64,000 bases of DNA from Verrucomicrobiia bacterium (lineage in GTDB: Bacteria; Verrucomicrobiota; Verrucomicrobiia; Limisphaerales; UBA11358), in NCBI GenBank assembly GCA_031290985.1, contig JARLJW010000086.1, positions 845 through 64,844 of the forward strand, written 5' to 3'. Each line of letters begins with the position of its first letter. Position 1 is the first letter of the stretch. Shown here one piece after another: positions 17,729 through 28,079 of the stretch. The position numbers and the translations under genes were made by a program. The notes under the pieces were generated by a model. It was not told where the DNA came from and did not search any database. It saw nothing but the letters and a program-made list of their open reading frames with translations.

Positions 17729-19816
17729 TTATCTTCCCCCATAAATCTGCTTCACCCGTTCCCGGATTTCCGCCTGCGTCTTCAGCGGATTCAGCGTCGC
17801 CCGCACTTCGACCGCCGCACGTTGGCCCATCCGTTCCGCTTCGGCCCGGTGATCATACGCCCAGCGCATTTTCGCCGCCGCGTCGTCCACGTCCGCCTCG
17901 GCCCAGACGTTCCCCTGCTCGTACGGGCCGGACGTATCGGCGATGGCCACCAGCTTGTACTTCACCAGCAGGCTGTTGTCCGGCGTCATGTAATCCAGGT
18001 TCCCCGAGTAGCCCGTGCCGATGACCGGTTTGCCCAGCGACATCGCCTGCACCAGCCCCAGCCCCAGGCCTTCCGAACGATGCAGCGACACATAGCAGTC
18101 GCAGCTCGCGAACAGCGAGCTCATCTGTTCATGGCTCAGATGCGGCTCGATCCACACGACGTTCAGATCCTTCAACGCCTCCGCGAGCACTTTCCGCCCG
18201 GCCGGGTCCGCGTGCGAATTAATCGATTTCAACACCAGCGTCGCCTGGTCCGCCGGCGAAAACGCCTGGCGAAAGGCGTTGATCACCGCCAGCGGATTTT
18301 TCCGGGCGAGCGTGCTGCAAAAATCGAAATTAAACAGAAACAGGTACGCAGCCGCCGGCAGCCCGAGCCCCGCGCGGTCCGGGCGCGGCGGGGTCGCCTC
18401 CGGATGATACGGATACGTCAGCTTGTACACCGGCACGGGCGAGACCGCCGCCAGCGAACGCCGGACAAATTCCGTCGGCACCCAGATCTCGTCGTAATAG
18501 TCAAAGTTGCTGTGCCATCGCGCCGGAAAACGTTCCAGCTCCCAGTACCACAGCGCGATGTTGTGGCGTCCCTCGAAAAACCGCCTCCCTTGGTCCAGGA
18601 AATATCGCCGTGAATAATCAAACGAGAACGTCATCAGGTTGATGCCGTAGGGATTTCCCCGGGCGGACGCCGCCACCTTGATGTCCCGGTTGCTGTGGAC
18701 CTTGCTCTGGATGTTCACGAACGCGGACGGGATCCCCGAGTCCGCCACCGCCCGGCTGAAGGCCCGGGACGATTCCCCGATCCCGAATTGTCCCTTCAAA
18801 AAGCCCGCCACATTGATCCCCGGCGGCAGCGCCGGCGGACCGGCGAGCGATGAATGGAAGCTGTAATACGGCAGCGTGCGCCGGTATAAACCGCCGGCCA
18901 GCGGCTTGACCTTCCGCCATGCCAGAAAGCCGGGATAATTGAGCCAGTACCGCCGACGGCCGCCATATTCCCGCAACACCGCCGCCGCCACCGCGGGTTC
19001 CCCGAGTTTCCGGCAGCGGCGCAGCGTCTGGCGCACCGCCTCGTGCTCCAGGTATTTTTTCATCCACGCGCGCAGCCGGAGATACGGCTGGTGCAGATAG
19101 GTGTGGAGGAGCGCCCGCTGGTCATTGGCCTGCGTCAAGGTGCCGCGGTCTTTTTCCGTCTGCTGCCGGCCATGCCAGCGGTACGCCACCAGCGGCTCGT
19201 CCACATAGCCGAAACAACCCTGCTCCAGCAGGTGAAACCACATCTCCAAATCGGCCGCATGAAAATATTTTTCATCGAAACCCCGCGCGGCCAGGCGGCG
19301 GCGGAACAAGGTTGCGCTCGGGCCGCCGATCAAATTTTTCTGCTCCAGCAGGCAGCGCGCGATGACCGTCGTGCCCGCCAGCAACCGCGTTTCCGGAAAA
19401 TGCCGCGGCGAACGTTCCGTCGCTCCGCCGTCTTCCCGCACATATTGCATCGCGCAGGCCACCAGGGCGGTGGCCGGGCTGGCCTCCATCCGCGCGACCA
19501 TTTTGCCCAGCGCCGCCGGCGCGCACAGGTAATCGTCCGCATGGACGAACTTCACAAACTCCCCCTGCGCCAGCTTCAGGCACGCGTTCCGGTTTTTGAC
19601 CATCCCGAGGTTCGCGGGATTCCGGTGCACGCGCACCCGGGCGTCCTGCCGCGCATAACGGCACGCGACCGCGTGGGAATCATCCGTGGAACAATCATCG
19701 ACCACGATCACTTCGAGATCGCGCAGGGTCTGGGCGAGGGCGGACTCGATTGCCTGGGGCAGAAAATCCGCGTAATTGTATACGTCAATGCAGACGCTGA
19801 CCTTGGGGGGCGGCAT
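17729..19816 (-). CDS. Bimodular glycosyltransferase (GT2 plus GT4)
   Basis: VVDDCSTD and FVHADD (GT2); SLHRSEGLGL..AMSLGKPVI (GT4). Confidence 0.9.
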   Translation of the reverse strand: MPPPKVSVCIDVYNYADFLPQAIESALAQTLRDLEVIVVDDCSTDDSHAVACRYARQDARVRVHRNPANLGMVKNRNACLKLAQGEFVKFVHADDYLCAPAALGKMVARMEASPATALVACAMQYVREDGGATERSPRHFPETRLLAGTTVIARCLLEQKNLIGGPSATLFRRRLAARGFDEKYFHAADLEMWFHLLEQGCFGYVDEPLVAYRWHGRQQTEKDRGTLTQANDQRALLHTYLHQPYLRLRAWMKKYLEHEAVRQTLRRCRKLGEPAVAAAVLREYGGRRRYWLNYPGFLAWRKVKPLAGGLYRRTLPYYSFHSSLAGPPALPPGINVAGFLKGQFGIGESSRAFSRAVADSGIPSAFVNIQSKVHSNRDIKVAASARGNPYGINLMTFSFDYSRRYFLDQGRRFFEGRHNIALWYWELERFPARWHSNFDYYDEIWVPTEFVRRSLAAVSPVPVYKLTYPYHPEATPPRPDRAGLGLPAAAYLFLFNFDFCSTLARKNPLAVINAFRQAFSPADQATLVLKSINSHADPAGRKVLAEALKDLNVVWIEPHLSHEQMSSLFASCDCYVSLHRSEGLGLGLVQAMSLGKPVIGTGYSGNLDYMTPDNSLLVKYKLVAIADTSGPYEQGNVWAEADVDDAAAKMRWAYDHRAEAERMGQRAAVEVRATLNPLKTQAEIRERVKQIYGGR

Positions 19817-20054
19817 ATTTACTGATGGGAGTCCATTGTTTGATCCTGCTCCCGGATTTGCCGTCGCGCGGTTAAAAGAAGGGTTTTGTTCAGCCTCATT
19901 CGGAAACTTCTGAATTCAGTATTGACCAGCGCCGCCGGGGAAGTCAAGAAGCCGCGGCGGCCGGCGCGGCAAAAATTAAACGGGTTTGTATTTATTCCCG
20001 CCCGGAGATTTTTTAGCCTGTCGCGGCCTGTAGACCGGCCATCCAGACCAGTTG

Positions 20055-20972
20055 ATGAACCACCCCGCCGCCAAAACTTCCCGTGTCCGCCTCCGGCTCG
20101 GCCTCCGCGCCATCGTGGGCGCCTGGAAGCAGCGGCAGGAGCCGCGCCTGCTCGAACGGCTGAAGCATCCGCTCGCCGTCTGCGCCATTTTTCGCGAGGA
20201 AGCCCCGTTTCTGGACGAGTGGCTCACGTTCCACGCCGGCATCGGGGTCACCCACTTCTACTTGTACAATAATTTTTCGACCGACAATTATCGCGAAGTG
20301 CTCCGCCCCTGGCAGGCCGCCGGGTACGTCACGCTCACGGAATGGCCCGTGCCGGTGGGACAGGTCACCGCCTATCAGGACTGCGTGCGGCGTTTCAAAA
20401 ATGAGGCCCGCTGGATCGCCTTCTTTGACGTCGATGAATTTCTATTTTCGACCCAAAGCCAGAGCATCATTCCGCTGCTGGACGCCCAGGCCGGCCGGCC
20501 GGGCATCGAGGTCTGGCAGGTTATTTTTGGCGCGAACGGCCATGCGCAAAGGCCGCCGGCAGTCCTCGAGGCCTACACCCGGTCGTCGCCCACAAAGTTT
20601 TTGACGGTAAAAACCATCGCCAATCCGCGCCAGATCTACAAGCTCCAGGTTCATCAATTCAAATACTGGCGCGGCCGGGGGCTCGACACGGCCGGACAGG
20701 TCGTGGACCGTTCCGCCACGCCGGTTTATGACCAGTTGCGCATGAACCATTACTGGTCGCGTTCGATCGAGGACTTGAACCTGAAAGTCCGGCGGGGCGA
20801 TGCCTCGACGGCGGCAAAGCGCGACCTGGCGGCGCACCTCAAGTACGAGGCGGGCATGAATGATGAACCGGATTTCACCATCCTGCCCATCGCCCGCGCC
20901 ATCCGCAAACCGCCGGCCGTGGCAAAGGCCGCCGGTGAAATCATCGCCCCCGCAGCCGGGCAGGTCGCATGA
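20055..20972 (+). CDS. Glycosyltransferase family 92-like protein
   Basis: EWLTFHAGIGVTHFYLYNNFSTD, Q..AYQDC, WIAFFDVDEF, MNHYW. Confidence 0.8.
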   Translation: MNHPAAKTSRVRLRLGLRAIVGAWKQRQEPRLLERLKHPLAVCAIFREEAPFLDEWLTFHAGIGVTHFYLYNNFSTDNYREVLRPWQAAGYVTLTEWPVPVGQVTAYQDCVRRFKNEARWIAFFDVDEFLFSTQSQSIIPLLDAQAGRPGIEVWQVIFGANGHAQRPPAVLEAYTRSSPTKFLTVKTIANPRQIYKLQVHQFKYWRGRGLDTAGQVVDRSATPVYDQLRMNHYWSRSIEDLNLKVRRGDASTAAKRDLAAHLKYEAGMNDEPDFTILPIARAIRKPPAVAKAAGEIIAPAAGQVA

Positions 20973-21835
20973 AACCCTTGACCGCCTACACCGCCGCCGA
21001 CTGGTGCCGCCTCCGGCCGCTCACCCATTTCCTGAAGTCCACGCGGTACCGGATGGTCGACCGCCGGTACCTGCAGCTCCCGGCGCGCGCGGGCGACGTC
21101 GCCGCGTTGCAACAACTCATCCGCGGCAAAAAAATCCTGATCACCGTCGCCTTCTCCGATCCGCAGGCGATTGACTGGCAGGCCCGGCTGATACGCCGCC
21201 ACGTTCCTGGTGCCAGCTACCTGATCGCGGACAACTCCCCGGATGAAGCTTCCGCCACGGCCATCGCCGCTCTGGCCGCGCAGCACAGCGTCCCCTATCT
21301 CCGCCTGCCGGCGAATCCGTGGCACAAGGGCAGCCGCTCGCACGGCATCGTGCTGAACTGGCTTTGGGAAAATCTCATCCGGCCCGGCGAACCGGAGATG
21401 TTCGGCTTTTTGGACCACGATATTTTCCCGACCGCCCCGGACGATCCGTTCGCCGCCCTCGCGACCCAGGATTTTTATGGCGTGGTGCGGACCGCCGGTG
21501 CCGGCTGGTTCCTGTGGGCGGGGTTTTGTTTTTACCGGTTCGCGGGCGTCCGGCGCAAAAAACTGGATTTCGGCCAGGATTGGTTCAACGGGCTGGACAC
21601 CGGCGGCGGCAACTGGCGCCGCCTGTATCGTTTCACCGACCGCGCCGCGCTGCGCGAAGCCGCCACCACCTTCGCCCCCTTCAAGCCGGGCATCAGCGTC
21701 GAGGACGGCCCGATCCAATGGGTCGGCCCCTGGCTGCATGAAATTGGCATGATGGGCCGGGCGGATTTGACGCCCGAGAAACGGCAGTTCGTCGCCAATC
21801 TCCTCAAGGAACATCTGGAACACGCGCAGGGCTGA
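20969..21835 (+). CDS. Putative GT-A fold glycosyltransferase
   Basis: IADNS, SHG..LNW, GFLDHDIFP (DxD), LDTGG; ATGA-coupled to GT92. Confidence 0.65.
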   Translation: MKPLTAYTAADWCRLRPLTHFLKSTRYRMVDRRYLQLPARAGDVAALQQLIRGKKILITVAFSDPQAIDWQARLIRRHVPGASYLIADNSPDEASATAIAALAAQHSVPYLRLPANPWHKGSRSHGIVLNWLWENLIRPGEPEMFGFLDHDIFPTAPDDPFAALATQDFYGVVRTAGAGWFLWAGFCFYRFAGVRRKKLDFGQDWFNGLDTGGGNWRRLYRFTDRAALREAATTFAPFKPGISVEDGPIQWVGPWLHEIGMMGRADLTPEKRQFVANLLKEHLEHAQG

Positions 21836-22002
21836 TTCCTGCTCCGCCCTTCGGATAAGCAAATATACGCGTGCTTTATTTTAAATTGATTTTAAGAATC
21901 GATTGAGGGCAGTTTACCTCTGGTGATCGCAATTGTATAAATTTTGACGCAATGCAAATGAAATGGACGCAACCCCTCACGGGATGAAAAGTTTGGAACT
22001 GT

Positions 22003-22689
22003 ATGAATATTGAAACAGAACCGTTGATCAGTAGTTTTCGCAGCAAAGTGGAATTTTGGGCAACAGTTTTGCTATTTGCCGTGATAGGAATGATTGCAAT
22101 AATGTCGCTGGTGCTTTGTTTGCTGTTTCATTTAGCAGGCCCGGATTATCGATTGCCGAAGTTTCTGATTCTTCCGATTTTGCTAACAGCGGCAACCCCG
22201 GGTTTTCTGCTCGGCCTCTGGCTTGCCAGAAAGCAATTGAAGAAACAATTCTGGCGGTTAACGGATTCAGAATTGTCCTGCGGCATTTCCCGCCCGCAAA
22301 CTTTCCAACTCGCGGATATCGAAAAAATCATTGTAGGTTTGCCGGTGGGTCGCTTGGGGAAGATGTATCAAAGAGCCAAACCTGGCACGGCGGCGGGCGC
22401 ATCGGTGGCGGCGCTTTCGGTCGTCGATCCACGATGGAACACTGTGAAAGCCATGTATCTTGCCAGTGCCCAAAAGGAAAATTCCCTGCTGATTTGTTTT
22501 AGGGACGGTGCATGGCTGCCGCTGCGCCTAGTGCTGCTGCCCAATGGCACGGCGATCATCGATGCGTTAAAGGCACGGTTTAAAGACCGCCTGATTCAGT
22601 CCTACAATTATTCTGCCGAAGAAGTCCGGAGATTGCGGCGAAGTGATGTCAATGAGTTGATTCCGGCACCTAAATCTTCAAAGAATTAA
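22003..22689 (+). CDS. Hypothetical membrane protein (AT-rich orphan)
   Basis: Two N-terminal hydrophobic helices; codon usage differs from neighbouring genes. Confidence 0.65.
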   Translation: MNIETEPLISSFRSKVEFWATVLLFAVIGMIAIMSLVLCLLFHLAGPDYRLPKFLILPILLTAATPGFLLGLWLARKQLKKQFWRLTDSELSCGISRPQTFQLADIEKIIVGLPVGRLGKMYQRAKPGTAAGASVAALSVVDPRWNTVKAMYLASAQKENSLLICFRDGAWLPLRLVLLPNGTAIIDALKARFKDRLIQSYNYSAEEVRRLRRSDVNELIPAPKSSKN

Positions 22690-22707
22690 CCTGAAAAGAA
22701 TCGTGAT

Positions 22708-23856
22708 TTACCTCTCCCAGCCCGAGGGAATTTTAGGATGAGAGGTAACACCACCCTTCGCACCAGTTCTCCCGGCCATCTGCAACGTGGTCTCCACAAT
22801 GTACCGCGCGAGCGCCTGCGGTGTGTGCCACGCCAGCACATGTTCGCGCGCCGCCGCGGCCATCGTCATGAGCCGGTCGCGGTCCGCCAGCGCCGTGCGC
22901 ACCGCGCGCGCCAGCCCGCCCGGCTCGACGTCGTAATAAAACGCGTGTTCGCCGGCGATCAACGGACGGTGCTGCTCGATGGTTGGCTGGTTGACCAGCG
23001 GCACGCTGCCGCACAGCGCCGCCTCGCATGTGCGAAAACATTGCCAGCCGTATCCCGCCGGCGACCACACCAGCCACGCCCGGGCGCAACGCGCCAGATA
23101 TTCATCCATGGCCAGCGGCGATTCCGGCACATCGACCACCAGACCTTCCGCGCGCAACGCCAGCAGTTCTTTCAGGCCGCGTTCGCGCACCGTGGACGAA
23201 CCTTGCACGCGCCCGGCAAAAAATACATCCACCGTTTTCCCCGCCGCCGGCAGCGGCGCCGGCAAAGCAGCTTTCGTCACGGGAAACGGAATCCCCAGGC
23301 TGATCGGGCGCAGTTTCCCGATGCGCTCCCGATGCCGGGCGTCAGAACGGAAACGCGGCGTCGGCACGCGCCAGTGCAGCGTGCCGTTGAACACCTGCCA
23401 GTGGTCCGCCGGCAGTTCGCGCTTGAAATACACCGCCGCCTGGTCCAGGAGGAAAATGTTCGACCGGTCAATGACCGCCGGGTCATCCAGATCCAGCACG
23501 GCCACCGGCGCAGCGACGTGCCCGCGCAGGAGTTGCGGCCCCACTGCCCGAATCAACGGCAGCGAACCGCGCAAGACCTCGCGGCGGAGCAGCAGACGGC
23601 TGAGTCCCCGCAAACTCCAAGGTGAATACGCCGCCGCCTGCACGGCCACCAGGTCGTAGCCTGGGTCGGCCAGCCGGCGCGCCAGGACGGCCAGGTTGGC
23701 GGCGGATACGATGTTGCGGCCGCGCGCCGGGTCAGACAGGGTTTCGTCCGGCCACGTTGAATAAAAATCCGTGGTCTGCGGGAAGGCCTCGTGCAGGTAC
23801 GGAATGCTGCCGATCTCGAGGATCTTCGGCGCCCGGTCTGTGGCTGGTTCCGGCAT
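22708..23856 (-). CDS. GT-B glycosyltransferase (Glyco_trans_1_2/exostosin-like C-terminus)
   Basis: DVFFAG, WSPAGYGWQCFRTCEAALCGSVP; start trimmed to MPEPAT. Confidence 0.7.
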   Translation of the reverse strand: MPEPATDRAPKILEIGSIPYLHEAFPQTTDFYSTWPDETLSDPARGRNIVSAANLAVLARRLADPGYDLVAVQAAAYSPWSLRGLSRLLLRREVLRGSLPLIRAVGPQLLRGHVAAPVAVLDLDDPAVIDRSNIFLLDQAAVYFKRELPADHWQVFNGTLHWRVPTPRFRSDARHRERIGKLRPISLGIPFPVTKAALPAPLPAAGKTVDVFFAGRVQGSSTVRERGLKELLALRAEGLVVDVPESPLAMDEYLARCARAWLVWSPAGYGWQCFRTCEAALCGSVPLVNQPTIEQHRPLIAGEHAFYYDVEPGGLARAVRTALADRDRLMTMAAAAREHVLAWHTPQALARYIVETTLQMAGRTGAKGGVTSHPKIPSGWER

Positions 23857-23866
23857 GATTTCCTGC

Positions 23867-24829
23867 TTACGCTGCGTTGGCCGCGAGTTCCGCCGCCACC
23901 ATTTCCGCGATGGTCGCTTCAAAGGTGATTTCCGGCTGCCAGCCCAGCAGCCGTTTGGCTTTCGCCGGGTTGCCCACGACCTGGCGCGGGTCCGCCGGCC
24001 GGAACAGCGTCTGGTCCTGCCGCACATGCGCCCGCCAGTCCAGCTCCGCCGCGCGAAAGGCGAGTTCCACGATGTCCTGCACGCGATGAATCCGGCCCGT
24101 GGCAAAAACAAAATCCTCCGGCGCGTCGTGCTGCAGGGACAGCCACATGCCGCGCACATAATCCCGCGCGTTGCCCCAGTCCCGCTGCGCGCTGGTGTCG
24201 CCCAGGACCAGCTCCTTTTGCCGCCCCTGTTTGATGGCGGCGACCGCGCGGCAGATCTTGCGCGTGACAAAATTTTCGCCCCGGCGCGGTGATTCGTGGT
24301 TGAACAGAATGCCGTTGACCGCGAACAGCCCGAAGTTGTGGCGGTAGATGCGCGTCATCTGCGTGCCGAACGCCTTGGCGCAGCCGTAGGGCGTGATGGG
24401 GTTCACCGGGGTGGCTTCATCCTGCGGCGATTGTTCCGGGCTGCCGAAAATTTCGCTGGAGCTGGCATGAAAAAAACGCGCCGGCCGGCGCAGGTTCCGC
24501 GTCAGCTCCAGCAGCCGCAGCGCGCCCAGGCCGGTCACGCGGCAGGTCTCCTCCACTTTTTCAAAGCTCTGCCCCACGTGGCTCTGGCTCGCGAGATGAT
24601 AGATTTCATCCGGCGCACATTTTTCCAGCGGCACCCGCACGGAATCCACCTCGTCCAGCTCGGCGGGGAAGATAAACAAATTGGCGGCCGGCAGATGCTT
24701 CAGATTGGCCGCGCCGCCGTTGCTGGAACGCCGGTAGATGCCGTGGACCTCGTAGCCCTTGGTCAGCAGCAGTTCGGCCAGGTAGGAGCCGTCCTGCCCC
24801 TCGATGCCGGTGATGAAGGCGCGTTTCAT
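23867..24829 (-). CDS. gmd: GDP-mannose 4,6-dehydratase paralogue
   Basis: [40 protein letters not shown]. Confidence 0.85.
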   Translation of the reverse strand: MKRAFITGIEGQDGSYLAELLLTKGYEVHGIYRRSSNGGAANLKHLPAANLFIFPAELDEVDSVRVPLEKCAPDEIYHLASQSHVGQSFEKVEETCRVTGLGALRLLELTRNLRRPARFFHASSSEIFGSPEQSPQDEATPVNPITPYGCAKAFGTQMTRIYRHNFGLFAVNGILFNHESPRRGENFVTRKICRAVAAIKQGRQKELVLGDTSAQRDWGNARDYVRGMWLSLQHDAPEDFVFATGRIHRVQDIVELAFRAAELDWRAHVRQDQTLFRPADPRQVVGNPAKAKRLLGWQPEITFEATIAEMVAAELAANAA

Positions 24830-24843
24830 GGGCGGCGGGGTGC

Positions 24844-25830
24844 TTATTTTCCGGCTGCCGCGAGCGCCTCGATGTCCGCCTGCACCATCAGCTTGACGAG
24901 GTCGGCGAACTTGGTCTTGGGCGACCAGTGCAACTGCTTTTGGGCCTTGGCCGCATTGCCAATCAGCCGCTCAACCTCCGCCGGACGGTAAAATTGCGGG
25001 TCGATCTCCACATGATCCTGCCAGTTCAGGCCGGCATGTTTGAACGCCACCTCCAAAAATTCCCGGACGCTGTGCGTCTCGCCGGTGGCGATGACATAAT
25101 CATCCCCGTGCGGCTGCTGGAGCATGAGCCACATCGCCTCGACATATTCCTTCGCATAACCCCAGTCGCGCTGGGCGTCGATGTTGCCCATGTACAATTT
25201 CTTTTGTCGCCCGGCCTGGATGCGGGCGACGGCGGTGGTGATCTTGCGCGTCACGAAATTTTCACCGCGCCGCGGTGATTCGTGGTTGAATAAAATTCCG
25301 TTGCTGGAGTGCAGGCCGTAGGACTCACGATAATTCACCGCGATCCAGTACGCATAGACCTTGGCCACCGCGTACGGGCTGCGCGGATGGAACGGGGTCA
25401 GCTCCGTCTGCGGCGTTTCGCGCACCTGGCCAAACATCTCACTGGAGGAGGCCTGATAAAACCGCGCCGGCAGGCCGAGCTGATGGATCGCCTCCAGCAT
25501 CCGCGCCACGCCCGTCGCGGTCACATCCGCCGTGTAACCCGGGATGTCGAAGCTGATGCGGACATCGCTTTGCGCGCCCAGATTGTAGACTTCATCCGGC
25601 CGGATCTTTTCCAGCAGGCGGGTCAGCGAACCCGCATCGGCCAGATCGCCGTGATGCAGGCTGAACTGGCCGGGGCTGGTCGTCGCCAGGGTTTGCGGCA
25701 GATGACCGCGGTACGGCGCGGCCGTGCGGCGCACAATGCCATGAACTTCATAGCCTTTGGCCAGCAAAAATTCTGTCAGGTACGATCCGTCCTGCCCGGT
25801 GATACCGGTGATCAGTGCTTTTTTCCCCAT
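24844..25830 (-). CDS. gmd: GDP-mannose 4,6-dehydratase
   Basis: [44 protein letters not shown]. Confidence 0.93.
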   Translation of the reverse strand: MGKKALITGITGQDGSYLTEFLLAKGYEVHGIVRRTAAPYRGHLPQTLATTSPGQFSLHHGDLADAGSLTRLLEKIRPDEVYNLGAQSDVRISFDIPGYTADVTATGVARMLEAIHQLGLPARFYQASSSEMFGQVRETPQTELTPFHPRSPYAVAKVYAYWIAVNYRESYGLHSSNGILFNHESPRRGENFVTRKITTAVARIQAGRQKKLYMGNIDAQRDWGYAKEYVEAMWLMLQQPHGDDYVIATGETHSVREFLEVAFKHAGLNWQDHVEIDPQFYRPAEVERLIGNAAKAQKQLHWSPKTKFADLVKLMVQADIEALAAAGK

Positions 25831-26017
25831 AGTTGTAGTCGGAATTGTTTCGCAATTCACGTCCCCCCGCAAGCCGGGAAGCGGTCCGGGGCGGCCCGAA
25901 ATTGGCGGAGTCGGTGCCGGAACCCGTGTCCCGCCCGGTTTTGGCCGGCGCGACGCCAAAGTTTTTGTTTTGGATTGGGCGTGGACGGGTTAATTTACCG
26001 GCCGAAATGAAACCAAC

Positions 26018-26731
26018 GTGGTAAAGCCTGTGCCCAAATATCAATTCATCCTTTTGCTTTTGCTCGGCCCGCTGATCGCCAGCCGGGCCGACCTGACTCT
26101 GGAACAAAAGGCCGATGACGGCCGGCACATCCGCACGCTCGTCACGCGAATACACGGCGACAAGATGCGCCTGGATGTGGCGCGGGACACCAATACGCTG
26201 AGCATCATCGTGGACCTGGCCACCCGCGATTCCATGACGCTGGTGCCCGAAACCAAGACGTATGTGACCCGCACGGGCGCGCAACTACGGGCGCAGGCCG
26301 AGGCCAGAAAAAAAGCGGCGGGCACGAATGACCTGAACCAGGACGCCCCGGCGGCCCCGCCGATGGCCACCGGCCAGACGGAGAAAATCGGCGGGCTCGA
26401 CACGGAAATCTACCAGTGGACCGGCGGACGCCACCTGGACGAAACGTTGTGGGTGGCCCGGGATTTTCCCAACTACCCGGTGATCCAGGCGGAGCTGGCC
26501 AAAGTTGACCGGTATAACCGCGCCGGGGCGCACCGGAACGGCCAGCCGGAATTGAGCCTGCTCCCGGGCATGGTGCTGCGGACAGTGATTGCCAACGGCG
26601 GTGAAAAGGGAACCAACACCCTGGTTTCCGCGAAGGTGGAGCCGGTGGCGGCCTCGCTGTTTGAATTGCCGCCGGATTATACGCTGGAAAAGCCGGTGCG
26701 AAAACCGGCGGCCTCGATCTCCGCACCCTGA
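26018..26731 (+). CDS. Secreted DUF4412-like protein
   Basis: KMRLD, TGQTEKIGG..TEIY, LWVA, FELPPDY pattern. Confidence 0.65.
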   Translation: MVKPVPKYQFILLLLLGPLIASRADLTLEQKADDGRHIRTLVTRIHGDKMRLDVARDTNTLSIIVDLATRDSMTLVPETKTYVTRTGAQLRAQAEARKKAAGTNDLNQDAPAAPPMATGQTEKIGGLDTEIYQWTGGRHLDETLWVARDFPNYPVIQAELAKVDRYNRAGAHRNGQPELSLLPGMVLRTVIANGGEKGTNTLVSAKVEPVAASLFELPPDYTLEKPVRKPAASISAP

Positions 26732-26896
26732 ATCAGCCGCGCCGCGAGTTTGTCCGCACGCCATTATTGAGGCTCGCGCAATCCGGTGACGGCGTCACAG
26801 CCCTCATAATTTTGCCTCTGCGAGCCTCTGCGTCCTCCGCCGCTCGGCGTTTATCGGAAATTTCGGGATTGGGGGATGTGAAAATCTGTGTGCTAA

Positions 26897-27077
26897 CTAG
26901 AGCGGTTTAAGAAAAACTGTGGCCCTTCGGCTGAGAAATAGTGAGGGCGGTCTTTTTGGGTTTTGGCTTCGTTTCGGCTCAGTCACGGGGCTATTTAAAC
27001 CCGCTCCTTCGCCAAAACCTCGCCAAAACCCAAAATCCTCGCTCCGAATGGCCACAGTTTTTCTTAAACCGCTCTAG
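26897..27077. mobile_element. 181-bp miniature inverted-repeat element with CTAG-bounded ends
   Basis: Perfect 28-bp inverted repeat CTAGAGCGGTTTAAGAAAAACTGTGGCC at 26897-26924 and 27050-27077; interior also self-complementary. Confidence 0.8.
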
Positions 27078-27121
27078 AATCAAAAACCCGGCGGGAGCCT
27101 CCTCACGCCGGCGGCCACGGA

Positions 27122-27880
27122 TCACGAAGCCGCTTTAACATCGACCGACACACGGGGGCGGCGGAAATGATCTTGGGCGACCTGCGCGAGCAACCGGCCC
27201 AGGGCGGCGGCCAGTTCTTCATGGGCGCGGGGGGAGAGATGGAAGCCATCGCGCAAAAGCATTTCCCGGCGCGGGAAGCCGGACAGGAGCGCGTGGGCAT
27301 CCAGAAAATAAACATCCGTGAGCCGGTCCGCCTGCAGCGCGAGCGCGAGGGTGTAATAACGGGCAAAACGGTTGGAGCGGGTGCCCCCCATGACGAAGGG
27401 GGAGAGCATCACGACAGAACAACCGGCGAGGCGGGCTTCATCCGCCATGCCGCAGACCGCGTTCAGGTATTCCTCCAGGGGCGAGGTCGGGGTGACGCAG
27501 AGGAGATCGCTGGCAAGGCTGCGGAGCCGCCATTTGAGGAGGTCCGTGGACGACGGCGACGCGGTGGAAACCTGTTCGCGGACATGGGGATCTTTGCGGA
27601 GCAGACGGCGCAGGAGAAAGGCGCGGCGCAACGGCGCGCTGGCATCGGTGGAGCCGAACTGGAGCAGGACGATGTCCGGCCGGCGGGCGAGGACTTTTTT
27701 GGCGAAATGTTTCCGGGCACGCGCGGCCGGGAAGCCACCCATGGGAACAATGTCCAGGGCGACTTTGTACTGGCCGGATTGTTCCAAGGTAGGAACAGCC
27801 CGTTGCAAAAACCCGGCATCCCCGGCCAGGGGATAACCGGCAATCATGCAGGCGCCGTAACCGACAATGCTCAAATTCAT
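27122..27880 (-). CDS. SGNH/GDSL-fold protein with altered catalytic motifs
   Basis: Block I YGACMIAGY, block II MGG, block III QFGSTD, block V DGFH. Confidence 0.75.
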   Translation of the reverse strand: MNLSIVGYGACMIAGYPLAGDAGFLQRAVPTLEQSGQYKVALDIVPMGGFPAARARKHFAKKVLARRPDIVLLQFGSTDASAPLRRAFLLRRLLRKDPHVREQVSTASPSSTDLLKWRLRSLASDLLCVTPTSPLEEYLNAVCGMADEARLAGCSVVMLSPFVMGGTRSNRFARYYTLALALQADRLTDVYFLDAHALLSGFPRREMLLRDGFHLSPRAHEELAAALGRLLAQVAQDHFRRPRVSVDVKAAS

Positions 27881-28079
27881 AGCTGGCTGATGCGACTGGC
27901 CAACCCATAATCCCGCCCCCGACAGACGAAACGACTGTAACAAAGGTTTCGCGCAAGAGAAGACAAAGATATTTTTCAGGTGTCGGAATACTGCGCCGCG
28001 GGAACGCACCGCGCCGGGTCGGAGACCGGCGCTGCGGCGTTGAATTTTGGCACGGGGCCGGTATGCTCGAACGACTGCC

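Noticed and set aside
22708-24270. 520-aa ORF as given in the track
   Set aside because: The first 138 codons overlap gmd in another frame; the real start is most likely MPEPAT at 23856.
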